This document shows positions 23,934-32,836 of a DNA stretch of 41,822 nucleotides, piece after piece. Under the pieces are notes generated by a model. That model was not told where the DNA came from. It ran no database searches and was given only the letters and a program-made list of their open reading frames with translations. Source of the stretch: Gemmatimonadota bacterium (lineage in GTDB: Bacteria; Gemmatimonadota; Gemmatimonadetes; Gemmatimonadales; GWC2-71-9); contig JBDTTZ010000125.1 of the NCBI GenBank assembly GCA_040008015.1, positions 1-41,822 of the forward strand. The letters are read 5' to 3'. The number at the start of each line of letters is the position of its first letter. The first letter of the stretch is position 1. Position numbers and translations under genes: made by a program.

Positions 23934-24818
23934 CTACTGCCGCTGATAGAGCACCGTTTCTATGGTAACCTGCCCGCCGCGAGGCAGCGGAACCGTAATT
24001 TCCTCCGCTTGCTCCCCGCTTCCGAACAGCATGAAGAGTTGCCCGTTCGAGACGGTGTACCGCCCCGAATTCACCGGGTCCTCCTGCGCTGCAAGATCGA
24101 AATTGAAATGCTGCAAGTCGGGCGCATTGTCATAGCATCGATATACGTGACCGTCAGCAGAAAAGAGGTAGTAGTGCAGCGCGAGTCGGTGGTCCCCGTA
24201 GCCGGCCGGGCGGTTCAGGTTCACCACGTACTTGGGCTTGGTCCCCATGTAGAGGCCGGCAATCTGCCGGCCCAGCGGCCCGGGCCCGTTGGCCACCGAA
24301 GGTGGAGCCGCGGCCGATTCCACCCTCAAGCTCCGATACATAGCCTGGAGTGTTGGCCCTGACCGCATCCAGCTCTCCGGCGTTGCCGCCTGGGCGTCCA
24401 TGATGGCCGCATATCCCCGCGCGACCAGGATCGTCCGCACGTGCTGGTGCATCACCCCGGCGACATTCTCGATAAACTGCACGCTGTGGACGGCTTCCGC
24501 GCCCGGAATGCTGTCCCGGCTGAAGATCGGCTGAGCCGCGACATTGCTCTCCTGGAACTGGGGATCGATCCATCGTTTCAGGAGATCCTCCTGCAACAGC
24601 TGCTGGATGTCGCCGTTGATTGGCCGAAACCAATAGACCTGTACCCCGGCATTGGCCTCGTTGGAGGAATACGACTCCGGGTTGGGGACGACGCTGCGAT
24701 ACCAGCTGGCCGGCGGCTGGTACCGGAGCAGGGGAATCGTCTGCTGGGCAACGACCTGGTATGGCATCAGCGCAACGAGCGCAACCAGACCGGCGATCAT
24801 CCGTAGTATCAGCCGCAT
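23934..24818 (-). CDS. Hypothetical secreted protein
   Basis: 294 aa with the signal peptide MRLILRMIAGLVALVALMPYQVVAQQ. No family recognised. Confidence 0.65.
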   Translation of the reverse strand: MRLILRMIAGLVALVALMPYQVVAQQTIPLLRYQPPASWYRSVVPNPESYSSNEANAGVQVYWFRPINGDIQQLLQEDLLKRWIDPQFQESNVAAQPIFSRDSIPGAEAVHSVQFIENVAGVMHQHVRTILVARGYAAIMDAQAATPESWMRSGPTLQAMYRSLRVESAAAPPSVANGPGPLGRQIAGLYMGTKPKYVVNLNRPAGYGDHRLALHYYLFSADGHVYRCYDNAPDLQHFNFDLAAQEDPVNSGRYTVSNGQLFMLFGSGEQAEEITVPLPRGGQVTIETVLYQRQ

Positions 24819-24931
24819 AGCGACTCCGTGAGGTGTGACTGGAAACCTTCTCCCCGAGAGCCTAGGCTTAGGGCGTCACTCACCTGTCCGATAGCGTCAA
24901 TTCGCAGGTGACACCCATAGCCCGGGTCAGA

Positions 24932-25654
24932 ATGAATCCGCCCCAGCCGTTAGAGACCCAACATGTCCCGGTCGCCATCGTAACCGCCGCCAGCCGAGGC
25001 ATGGGCGCCGCTTGTGCCCGGGAGCTGGGTGCCCGGGGCTACCGGCTTGCTCTCCTCGCCCGCTCCGACGACGTGGATGCACTGGCGATGGAACTGGGGG
25101 CCGTGGCGATCAGAGGCAGTGTGACCGAGCCGGCGGACCTGGACCGGATCGTGGATACCGCGCTCCAACATTACGGCCGGATTGACGTCGTGGTCAATAA
25201 CACCGGCCACGCCGCCAAGGGCCGGCTCCTCGACATCACCGACGCCGACTGGCACGCCGGTCTCGACATGTTGTTGCTGAACGTGATCCGCATGGCCCGC
25301 CTGGTCACTCCTGCCATGCTCCAGCAGAAGACCGGTTCTCTGGTCAACATATCCAGTTTTGCCGCGGAGGAGCCGGGACTCAAGCATCCGGTCTCCGCCG
25401 TGCTCCGGATCGGGTTGGAGAATTTCGCCCGGCTCTATAGCCAGCAGTATGCCGGGCACGGCCTCCGCATGAATAACGTGCTGCCCGGCTGGATCGATAC
25501 CTATCCCGTCACCGACGACGTGCTGGCCGCGATTCCGGCGGGACGGCCCGGCAGCGCCGAAGAAGTGGCGAGGGTGGTCGCCTTTCTCGCCTCGCCTGAC
25601 GCGAGTTACATCACCGGTCAGAGCCTGTTGGTCGATGGCGGGTTGGTGCGGTGA
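24932..25654 (+). CDS. SDR-family oxidoreductase lacking the canonical YxxxK motif
   Basis: The Rossmann motif is VTAASRGMGAA. NNTG, NISS and the PG motif are present. No Y-x3-K occurs between NISS and PGW. The start is uncertain: ATG 24932 or GTG 24908. Confidence 0.85.
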   Translation: MNPPQPLETQHVPVAIVTAASRGMGAACARELGARGYRLALLARSDDVDALAMELGAVAIRGSVTEPADLDRIVDTALQHYGRIDVVVNNTGHAAKGRLLDITDADWHAGLDMLLLNVIRMARLVTPAMLQQKTGSLVNISSFAAEEPGLKHPVSAVLRIGLENFARLYSQQYAGHGLRMNNVLPGWIDTYPVTDDVLAAIPAGRPGSAEEVARVVAFLASPDASYITGQSLLVDGGLVR

Positions 25655-25685
25655 GAATGGTGACCGAGTGCTTCCTGGAGAACCC

Positions 25686-27047
25686 ATGAAAGACCTGCTG
25701 ACGGCTACCGCCGAGCGCGCGAATCGTTACCTGGAGGACCTCCAGACTCGCAGCGTCGCGCCATCGAGGGAAGCGATTGCCCGCCTCGCCACTCTGAGCG
25801 CTCCGCTGCAACCAGAGCCCCGTGCTCCCGAAACCGTACTCCAGGAGCTGGACGAGATCGGCTCTCCCGCGACCACCGGCATTGCGGGTCCCCGCTATTT
25901 CGGCTTCGTCATCGGTGGATCCTTGCCGGTCGCGCTGGCCGCCAACTGGATGGCGTCTGCCTGGGACCAGAACTGCGGGCTGTACAACATCACGCCCGGC
26001 GCGGCATTCCTCGAAAAGGTGGCACTCGATTGGCTGCTCGACATACTCGGCCTGCCCCGGGGATGCGCCGGCGGGTTCGTCACCGGCACCACGGTCGCCC
26101 ACCTGACGGCGCTCGCCGCGGCGCGGCATGCCGTTCTCGCCCGGGTCGGCTGGAACGTCGAGGCCGATGGGTTATTCGGTGCTCCACCCATCACGGTCGT
26201 CGTCGGCGCCGAAGCCCATGCCACGCTGTTCAAGTCACTCGGCGTGCTGGGCCTCGGACGTAGCCGAGTGGTCAAAGTCCCGGTGGACGGACAGGGGAGA
26301 ATGCGGCTGGACGCGCTCCCTCCGCTCACCGGACCAACCATTGTCTGCACCCAGGCGGGGAACGTGAACACCGGCGCGTGCGATCCCACCCGTGAAATCG
26401 TCGAGTGGGCGCATGCCGCCGCCGCCTGGGTCCACGTCGACGGCGCCTTCGGGCTCTGGGCCCGGGTGGCGCCTTCTCGCGCATACCTGGTCGAGGGCAT
26501 CGAAACGGCCGATTCCTGGGCCACCGATGGCCACAAATGGTTGAACGTTCCCTATGACAGCGGGATCGCGTTCGTGCGGGACCAGGACGCGCTTCGAGCC
26601 GCCATGGCCATCACCGCCGAGTACCTGCCAACCGAGAGTGAAAATCGGAACCCGTCAGATTTTGTCCCCGAGCTGTCTCGGCGTGCCCGCGGTGTGGATA
26701 TCTGGGCGGCCCTCCGCTCGCTGGGCCGCTCCGGCGTGACCGAGCTGGTCGAGCGAAACTGCCGCCAGGCGCGGAGGTTCGCCGAAGGACTCAGCACCGC
26801 CGGCTACCAGGTGCTGAACGACGTGGTGCTGAACCAGGTGCTGGTCGCCTTTGGTGACGCAGTGACGACCAATCGCGTCATCTCGGAGATTCAGCTGGAG
26901 GGAACCTGCTGGTGCGGCGGGACCGTGTGGCAAGGCCGGACCGCCATGCGAATCAGCGTGTCCAGTTGGGCAACCACCGACGCCGATGTCGAGCAGAGCA
27001 TCGCGGCGATGATACGGGTCGCTACCGCCGTGGGCAGAGGGGAATAG
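25686..27047 (+). CDS. Group II pyridoxal-dependent (amino acid) decarboxylase family protein
   Basis: The start MKDLL is preceded by ggagaa. The PLP-lysine context is ATDGHKWLNVPYDSG. GFVTGTTVAHLTALAAAR and HVDGAFG are typical of the family. Confidence 0.85.
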   Translation: MKDLLTATAERANRYLEDLQTRSVAPSREAIARLATLSAPLQPEPRAPETVLQELDEIGSPATTGIAGPRYFGFVIGGSLPVALAANWMASAWDQNCGLYNITPGAAFLEKVALDWLLDILGLPRGCAGGFVTGTTVAHLTALAAARHAVLARVGWNVEADGLFGAPPITVVVGAEAHATLFKSLGVLGLGRSRVVKVPVDGQGRMRLDALPPLTGPTIVCTQAGNVNTGACDPTREIVEWAHAAAAWVHVDGAFGLWARVAPSRAYLVEGIETADSWATDGHKWLNVPYDSGIAFVRDQDALRAAMAITAEYLPTESENRNPSDFVPELSRRARGVDIWAALRSLGRSGVTELVERNCRQARRFAEGLSTAGYQVLNDVVLNQVLVAFGDAVTTNRVISEIQLEGTCWCGGTVWQGRTAMRISVSSWATTDADVEQSIAAMIRVATAVGRGE

Positions 27048-27083
27048 AACACTCTCCATGCCGTCCGCTGCTGCCGGGTCGCG

Positions 27084-27530
27084 ATGACTCGCGCCACCCT
27101 CCTCGCTTTTCTACGCGGCCATCGTCTGGCGGTGGAAACCTCGGTAGCCTCCGGCGGCGGCGTGCAGGCCGCCGTCGTCGGCATCGCGGTCATCGACAAC
27201 TTTGAGCTCGTCTTCGATACGCTGGAAACGACCCGGAAAGCGCGGAACATCGCGCTGGATCCCCGGGTCGCTTTCGTTATTGGTGGAACCGTTGACGGCG
27301 AGGCGGTGACGGTCCAGTACGAAGGAGTTGCGGACCGGCCGAGTGGCGAGGAGATGAAGACCCTGCAGCAACGATACCTGGAAGTGTTTCCGGATGGCGC
27401 CGAGCGGCTGAGCTGGCCGGGTTTAATCTACGTCAGGGTGAAGCCACGCTGGTTGCGCTATAGTGATTACGGAGGGGAGCCGCCGATCATCCTGGAGTGG
27501 AGCGAGAGGGATCTTGAGGCGTTGGTCTAG
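27084..27530 (+). CDS. Pyridoxamine 5'-phosphate oxidase-like FMN-binding split-barrel protein
   Basis: 148 aa. The FDTLETTRKARNIALDPRVAFVIG...VQYEG pattern is characteristic of PNPOx-like proteins. Confidence 0.8.
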   Translation: MTRATLLAFLRGHRLAVETSVASGGGVQAAVVGIAVIDNFELVFDTLETTRKARNIALDPRVAFVIGGTVDGEAVTVQYEGVADRPSGEEMKTLQQRYLEVFPDGAERLSWPGLIYVRVKPRWLRYSDYGGEPPIILEWSERDLEALV

Positions 27531-27572
27531 GGAGTGCGGGGGGCGGGTACTTTTGCGTGGTGGGCTTTCAAT

Positions 27573-27603
27573 CGCGAAGACGCGAAAGGGCGAAAGCGCG
27601 AAG
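27573..27603. repeat. Left inverted repeat of the GxxExxY cassette (tandem CGCGAA[A/G]-type units)
   Basis: The reverse complement of cgcgaagacgcgaaagggcgaaagcgcgaag matches 28033-28063 at 28 of 31 positions. Confidence 0.8.
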
Positions 27604-27630
27604 TGGTTCTGACTGCTTGAGACAACATGA

Positions 27631-28023
27631 CTAGACAGTTATGTCGGCAAATCGATTTACCAGTCGGCGCACTTCGAGTCTTGGCGTATTGAAGTTTATG
27701 AGCAGCCCAACGGTCAACTTGGTGGCTTTGAGATACGATCGTAGCTGCGAAAAATGAACCTCGCTCAGAGCCTTTACGGCTTTGAGTTCGACGATCAGTT
27801 CGTTCCTGACCACAAGATCAACCTGATGGGTGCATACCTCTATCCCCTGGTAGGTGACCACGATACGGCTCTCGCTAAGGAATTCCAGACCTGCTCGTGA
27901 TAGGGCGATCCGCATCGCATTGCGATACGCCTTCTCCAGGAACCCCGGGCCAAGCTCGCGATGCACATCCAGAGCGCACCCAATCACCTCATTGGACAGT
28001 CTATCGAACTGAAGTTGTTTCAT
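27631..28023 (-). CDS. GxxExxY protein (PD-(D/E)XK nuclease superfamily)
   Basis: The start is at MKQLQFDRL (ATG 28023). The name-giving motif is G-F-L-E-K-A-Y in ELGPGFLEKAYRNAM. The PD-(D/E)XK-like core is DLVVRNELIVELKAV. The gene is visibly AT-richer than its neighbours. Confidence 0.85.
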   Translation of the reverse strand: MKQLQFDRLSNEVIGCALDVHRELGPGFLEKAYRNAMRIALSRAGLEFLSESRIVVTYQGIEVCTHQVDLVVRNELIVELKAVKALSEVHFSQLRSYLKATKLTVGLLINFNTPRLEVRRLVNRFADITV

Positions 28024-28032
28024 CGCCAGACC

Positions 28033-28063
28033 CTTCGCGCTTTCGCCCCTTCGCGCTTTCGCG
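28033..28063. repeat. Right inverted repeat of the GxxExxY cassette
   Basis: cttcgcgctttcgccccttcgcgctttcgcg lies immediately upstream of the cassette gene's ATG and is the partner of 27573-27603. Confidence 0.8.
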
Positions 28064-28156
28064 CTTGAAAACTCACCCAGCTCAAGGGCCCAAGGTACGC
28101 ACTCCGCACCCAACCTGGGTAACCAAACCCACGCACTCCCGTACCGGAAACCCGCC

Positions 28157-28828
28157 CTACAGGAAATCCTTCTTCCGCGCCTGCATGTAAAACGTCAGCG
28201 CCAGCAGCAGGACGATCACGCCGACCTCCGCCCCCATGATGCTCACCGCCGGCCAGCTCCAGGCGACCGAGGTCCCCTTCATCCCGGCCGCGATCGCCTG
28301 GTTGTGCGACACGGCGTACATGAAGTACTGGATGAACAGGTTCCCGAAGACCATCGCCCCGATGGTCCACCCGACGGACTCGGTGATCACTGCGGCCGCC
28401 AGCGTCAGGATGTAGCCGGCGAAAAGCTGGGTGAAGACCAGGATGACGAACGGTATCAGGCCATCGGGAATGCCGGTCACCACCACCACCGCGCAACTTC
28501 CAGCCGTGATCACCGTCCACGGTACCAGGAAAATCACCAGGTTGGCGACCACCTTCGCAGCGGTGTACTCCCGGTAGGAGATCGGCAGACTCATCACGAA
28601 GGGAAGGGTCTGTTCCTTCCGCTCGTTGATCACCGTCACCATGATCAGGTGGATGCCAAGTGAGATCACGATGGTCACCAGCAGAACGCTTCCAGCGTAG
28701 AACGCTCCCTCGCTGCCCAAACTGAGCAGCCAGAGCGAGGCGATCCCAGCCAGGGTGTAGCTCAGGAGGACCCCGCGCTGGAAGTACCAGTCCTTGAGGA
28801 CCAGCCGCCTCACCATGCTGTTGTTCAT
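28157..28828 (-). CDS. ABC-2 type exporter permease
   Basis: 223 aa with about 6 hydrophobic spans. It is translationally coupled (4-nt overlap) to the upstream ABC ATPase. Confidence 0.75.
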   Translation of the reverse strand: MNNSMVRRLVLKDWYFQRGVLLSYTLAGIASLWLLSLGSEGAFYAGSVLLVTIVISLGIHLIMVTVINERKEQTLPFVMSLPISYREYTAAKVVANLVIFLVPWTVITAGSCAVVVVTGIPDGLIPFVILVFTQLFAGYILTLAAAVITESVGWTIGAMVFGNLFIQYFMYAVSHNQAIAAGMKGTSVAWSWPAVSIMGAEVGVIVLLLALTFYMQARKKDFL

Positions 28829-29721
28829 ACCGCCACCTCGCTCCTTCTCCCATGGACGTTCGCCACGAAGATCTCTTCCAGGGTCATGGTTTCTACCGCG
28901 TGCACCGTGGCGCCGGCCTGTTGGTACACGGCGTTCATCGCCGGGTCGTAACTCCCGGTCGTCAGCACCGACAGCCTGCCGCTCCGGACCAGCTGGGTAA
29001 CACCCGGCAGGGCGGGGAGGCTGACCTCCGGCGGAACTTCCAGCCGGACTCGCCTCCAGCGATCGAGATAGGTCTCCTTGTCCCCCGAGTCGATAATCCG
29101 TCCCCGGTCGATGAAGGTGATCTGATCAGAGATTTGCTCCACGTCCAGCGTGTTATGGGAAGAGAACAGGATCGTTCGCCGGTCGTCGGCCAGCACTTCC
29201 ATCAGCTCCGCCAGCACCTCGTGCCGGGCGACCGGGTCGAGCCCGGTGGTCGGCTCGTCCAGCACCAGCAGCCTCGGCCGGCGCGCCAGGACCAGCAGCA
29301 GCGCGGCCTTGACCCGCTGACCGTGGGAAAGCCCCTTGATCTTCTGCTCCCTGCGGATGTCGAATCGCTTGAGCAGGGTCGCGGCGTAATCCGGATCCCA
29401 CGCCGGGTAGATCGAGCGCACAAAGTCCATGTGCCAGGCCAGCGTCGCAGCCCCGTAGAGCCTCATGTCCTCGGAAACGAAACCGATGTCGCGCTTGGCG
29501 ACCGCCTGCTCGTCCGGCATGGAATGGCCGAGGACCCGCACCTGACCCCGATCCTGGTGGATCAACCCCATGAGAATGCGGAGCGTGGTGGACTTGCCGG
29601 CCCCGTTCGCCCCGATGAAGCCCATGATGTGGCCATGGGGCAGCTCCAGCGTAATACCGTCCAGCGTGAAGTGAGGATAGTCCTTCCCCACGTTCTCGAA
29701 CCGTACCGCCACGTCGCTCAT
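28825..29721 (-). CDS. ABC transporter ATP-binding protein (ABC-2/YtrB-like)
   Basis: Walker A is GANGAGKST, the signature is LSHGQRVKAAL, and Walker B is LLVLDEPTTGLD. Confidence 0.9.
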   Translation of the reverse strand: MSDVAVRFENVGKDYPHFTLDGITLELPHGHIMGFIGANGAGKSTTLRILMGLIHQDRGQVRVLGHSMPDEQAVAKRDIGFVSEDMRLYGAATLAWHMDFVRSIYPAWDPDYAATLLKRFDIRREQKIKGLSHGQRVKAALLLVLARRPRLLVLDEPTTGLDPVARHEVLAELMEVLADDRRTILFSSHNTLDVEQISDQITFIDRGRIIDSGDKETYLDRWRRVRLEVPPEVSLPALPGVTQLVRSGRLSVLTTGSYDPAMNAVYQQAGATVHAVETMTLEEIFVANVHGRRSEVAV

Positions 29722-30116
29722 ACTCCCTCCTTGGTCCTTCCGCTCCAGATCTCGCGCAACCGGGATTCGAGCTCGTCCTGGTCGAGACCCAGTAATGCCG
29801 CCACCCGCGCCGCCGCCTCCAGGTGCTTTAGCAAATCCTTTTCGAACATGGCGGGTCCCACATCCTGCCCCTCTGCCACGAAGGAGCCCTTACCATGCAG
29901 GGTCAGGATCACACCCTCGCGTTCGAGCTCGAGGTAGGCCCGCTTGACCGTGATGACGCTGACCTTCAGGTCGACCGCCAGTTGGCGGATGGACGGGATC
30001 TCCTGCGTCGGTTTCCAGTCCCCGACCGCGACCCGCTGCCGGATCTGCTCCATGATCTGGAGGTACATGGGCCGCCCATCCGTCTGCGAAATGACGAACC
30101 CACTGTGCATACTCAT
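29718..30116 (-). CDS. GntR-family transcriptional regulator, YtrA subfamily
   Basis: The winged HTH is PMYLQIMEQIRQRVAVGDWKPTQEIPSIRQLAVDLKVSVITVKRAYLELEREGVILTLHGKGSFV, followed by a short C-terminal tail. The start is probably ATG 30116 or 30110 rather than the TTG at 30146. Confidence 0.85.
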   Translation of the reverse strand: MSMHSGFVISQTDGRPMYLQIMEQIRQRVAVGDWKPTQEIPSIRQLAVDLKVSVITVKRAYLELEREGVILTLHGKGSFVAEGQDVGPAMFEKDLLKHLEAAARVAALLGLDQDELESRLREIWSGRTKEGV

Positions 30117-30129
30117 ATACTGAGTATAT
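30115..30129. promoter_or_regulatory. Perfect 15-bp palindrome ATATACT-G-AGTATAT (candidate YtrA autoregulatory operator)
   Basis: I checked the base pairing position by position over 30115-30129. The palindrome overlaps the likely start codon of the GntR gene in an AT-rich patch of the divergent spacer. Confidence 0.4.
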
Positions 30130-30211
30130 ACAGTTACGAAGTACAAGTCAACCCCCGACTTGGAGCGCCGATTCTTCCGCTGGATCGTTTCTCCAGCTAC
30201 AGTAGATCGCT

Positions 30212-30730
30212 ATGATTGTCATTGAAACCGAGCGACTCCTGCTGTCTCAAATCACATCCGACGACGCTCCATTCATCCTGGTGCTGCTGAACGAGCCTTC
30301 GTTCCTGCGATTCATCGGCGATAAGGGCGTGCGCACCTTGGAGGATGCCGGGGAATACATTCGCAAGGGACCGGTGGACAGCTATGAGCGGCGGGGCTTC
30401 GGACTCTATCTGACTCGGCTGAAGGAGCCCCTTGTGCCGATCGGCATTTGCGGCCTGGTGAAACGGGAAGCGTTGGAGGATGTGGACATCGGCTTTGCCT
30501 TTCTTCCCGGGTTCTGGTCGAAGGGCTATGCCTTTGAGGCAGCATCGGCGGTCCTGAAGCATGGCCGCGAGGTCGCGGGCCTCAACCGCATCGTGGCGAT
30601 TACCGACCCGGAGAACGAGAGCTCGATCCGGCTGCTCGAACGACTGGGCCTCCGCTACGATCGGATGATCCAGCTTTCCGAAAACAGCGGTGCCAACAAA
30701 CTGTTTGTCCCGGGGACCGCGACCTTGTGA
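30212..30730 (+). CDS. GNAT-family N-acetyltransferase (RimJ/RimL-like)
   Basis: 172 aa. IETERLLL..ITSDDAPFILVLLNEP.F and GICGLVKRE...DIGFAFLPGFWSKGYAFEAA are typical of the Acetyltransf_3 pattern. Confidence 0.9.
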   Translation: MIVIETERLLLSQITSDDAPFILVLLNEPSFLRFIGDKGVRTLEDAGEYIRKGPVDSYERRGFGLYLTRLKEPLVPIGICGLVKREALEDVDIGFAFLPGFWSKGYAFEAASAVLKHGREVAGLNRIVAITDPENESSIRLLERLGLRYDRMIQLSENSGANKLFVPGTATL

Positions 30731-30993
30731 AAGATGCAACGTCGGAACTCACAATCCTGGTACGGGACTACGCCCAAGGCCGGCTCCCGTTCTGGGCCTT
30801 CCACCACTCGTTCATCGAGGGCTTTGTCCGGCTCCCCGAGCGGGCCATGGGTTGGGCCCGCTGGAATCGGGTCTATCAGCTGGTGCTGATATCGGCCCCC
30901 GATCCGGTTTCGGAGGCGGACCAGGCTTCGGGCGTGATCGGTGAGAGCACCCTGAAGGCGCGTCTGGCCGAGCTTACCGTGGGACACCGATGA
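30727..30993 (+). CDS. Hypothetical small protein
   Basis: 88 aa with a GTG start overlapping the GNAT stop (GTGA). No family recognised. Confidence 0.45.
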   Translation: MKDATSELTILVRDYAQGRLPFWAFHHSFIEGFVRLPERAMGWARWNRVYQLVLISAPDPVSEADQASGVIGESTLKARLAELTVGHR

Positions 30994-31172
30994 AACTGGT
31001 CGTGCTGGCGGTCCTTGCGGGGGACCGTATGTTGGGCGTCACTACGCCGCTCACCGCCCACAGCACCGACGCGAACGTCGCGATGGCCATGGGCGTACCC
31101 GCCCTGGCGCTGGGGCATGGCGGGCACGGAAGCGGCGAGCACTCTTTGAGCGAGGAATCTCTGGACCTATGA
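30990..31172 (+). pseudogene. 60-codon ORF equivalent to the extreme C-terminus of an M20/M28-type metallopeptidase
   Basis: [37 protein letters not shown] matches the ..TDAn....GiPa..lG.gg.g.aHs..E.i.l tail of M20/M28 peptidases. The rest of the enzyme is absent. There are ATGA overlaps on both sides. Confidence 0.45.
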
Positions 31173-31555
31173 GCAAGAAGTCGGAGCGGAACAAGGAGAC
31201 CGCCAGGGCGTTCTACGACCTGATGTTCAATCAGTCCAAGCCGGCCGAGGCCGTGGCCCAGTTCGTGGGCGATGAATACATCCAGCACAACCCCGGGGTG
31301 GGCGATGGCAAGGCGGCCTTCGTCGAGTATTTCACCCGCATGGCCCGGGACCATTTTGGAAAACATGTCGAGATCAAGCGCGCCTTTGCCGAAGGGGACT
31401 ACGTGATCCTCCATTGCCACCAGCAGTGGCCGGGCGATCTCGACTGGGCAGGGATCGACATCTTTCGATTCGACAAGAAGGGAAAGATCGTGGAGCACTG
31501 GGACGTGTTGCAGCGCATTCCTGAGAAACCGGCCAACTCCAATGGAATGTTTTGA
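31169..31555 (+). CDS. SnoaL-like / NTF2-superfamily protein
   Basis: 128 aa. The [40 protein letters not shown] ... [20 protein letters not shown] pattern is typical of the family. Confidence 0.85.
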   Translation: MSKKSERNKETARAFYDLMFNQSKPAEAVAQFVGDEYIQHNPGVGDGKAAFVEYFTRMARDHFGKHVEIKRAFAEGDYVILHCHQQWPGDLDWAGIDIFRFDKKGKIVEHWDVLQRIPEKPANSNGMF

Positions 31556-32076
31556 GACCGGTCACTGTGTCGCAGTCGGTCCGGGTTGTCGTCAACGACA
31601 AGATGCAGCGCGGGTACGTCTATTTCCGGAGTGAGGCGCCGGGCCGGCATTTCGACCCGGGCTTCAAGCCCCAGCTTACCCCCCGGCAGATGCTGGCCCT
31701 CGGTGTATTCGGCGGGAAGTACCTGACCGATTGCCGGAGAGAGTTCCCCGAGAGCTGGTTCGCCCGGGCCCGGCTTTCACCCGACCGCCACGATTCCAGC
31801 CTCAATCTCTTCAAGGTGAACGCGTCCAGGCCGTTGAGCTATTGGAGGAAGAAAGGATGGATTCGTCCCCAGGATCCTCGCGGCTGGTTCCAGTGGTACT
31901 GCCGATATTACCTGGGGCGCCGCAGCGAGGACGATGAGCGCCAGATCCGGCGGTGGCGCGCGATTGTCCGCCACCTGGCCCAGCTGCAGAAGCACTGCAT
32001 GCCCCGGGACCTGGATTGCCGCCGCCGCCAACGCCAGGCTCTGCTTCATTGGGCCTACGATAGCCGCAAGGTTTGA
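31552..32076 (+). CDS. Conserved hypothetical protein
   Basis: The well-conserved-looking core is [29 protein letters not shown]...[26 protein letters not shown]. The start is uncertain: TTG 31552 overlaps the upstream stop, and ATG 31603 is the alternative. Confidence 0.7.
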   Translation: MRPVTVSQSVRVVVNDKMQRGYVYFRSEAPGRHFDPGFKPQLTPRQMLALGVFGGKYLTDCRREFPESWFARARLSPDRHDSSLNLFKVNASRPLSYWRKKGWIRPQDPRGWFQWYCRYYLGRRSEDDERQIRRWRAIVRHLAQLQKHCMPRDLDCRRRQRQALLHWAYDSRKV

Positions 32077-32293
32077 GACGATGATGCGGGGAGCTGGATG
32101 AGCAATCCCCGGAACCGCGTCGGCCAGGCGCTGGCCGCCCTGCGGGTCCTGTCACCCTGGTGCATCGGCACGATAGATGGTTTGTCGTGGGCGGGAGGCG
32201 CAACGGCATGGAGTACAGCGTTCTGCTGATTTCCTGTTTCCTTGCCATTGCCGGGGCGGCGGCACGGGGCCGGCGGGAAACGGACCAGGAAAC

Positions 32294-32830
32294 ATGACCG
32301 ACTTCGTCCGGCCCGCCGATGCGCCGGGCCATGACCCGTACATCGCCAGCCTGCTGGACGCGCTGGGCAGCCGAGACCCGGTCCAGGTCATGGCGGAGAC
32401 GCCGGACGCTCTCCGCCGCGGGATCGCCGGCATGTCGGAACCACAGCTCTCAATGCTGGAAGCTCCCGGCAAGTGGTCGGTCCGCCGGATGCTGGCGCAC
32501 CTCGCGGATTCCGAGCTGGTCGGAGGGTTTCGCTTCCGAATGATCCTGGCGCATCGCGATCCCGCTCTTCCCGGCTATGACCAGGATGCCTGGGCGGAAC
32601 ACCTGCACTACGGCGACGCGGAGGTCGACACTGTCCTCAACACCTTCACCACGTTGCGCCGCGCGAATTTGTGCCTCTTCCAATGGACCTCGCCCGAACA
32701 ACGCCATCGGGTAGGGCTGCACTCCGAGCGAGGCGCGGAAAGCCTGGGCTTCCTGATGAACCTCTACGCCGGGCACGACCTGGTGCACCTGCGCCAGCTC
32801 GCGCGAATCCGCGGGGCGATCGGAGCGTAA
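32294..32830 (+). CDS. DinB-family protein
   Basis: The start MTDFVRP is preceded by aggaaa. WSVRRMLAHLADSELV...LYAGHDLVHLRQL gives the DinB His triad pattern. Confidence 0.8.
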   Translation: MTDFVRPADAPGHDPYIASLLDALGSRDPVQVMAETPDALRRGIAGMSEPQLSMLEAPGKWSVRRMLAHLADSELVGGFRFRMILAHRDPALPGYDQDAWAEHLHYGDAEVDTVLNTFTTLRRANLCLFQWTSPEQRHRVGLHSERGAESLGFLMNLYAGHDLVHLRQLARIRGAIGA

Positions 32831-32836
32831 GGCGCC

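Noticed and set aside
25686-27530. PLP decarboxylase and PNPOx-like flavoprotein as further members of the aminoacyl-carrier pathway, by analogy with BtrK and BtrO in butirosin side-chain synthesis
   Set aside because: Three intervening genes separate them from the operon: two on the opposite strand (AAC(3)-like and a secreted hypothetical) and the SDR. There is no coupling. The link cannot be supported from sequence alone.
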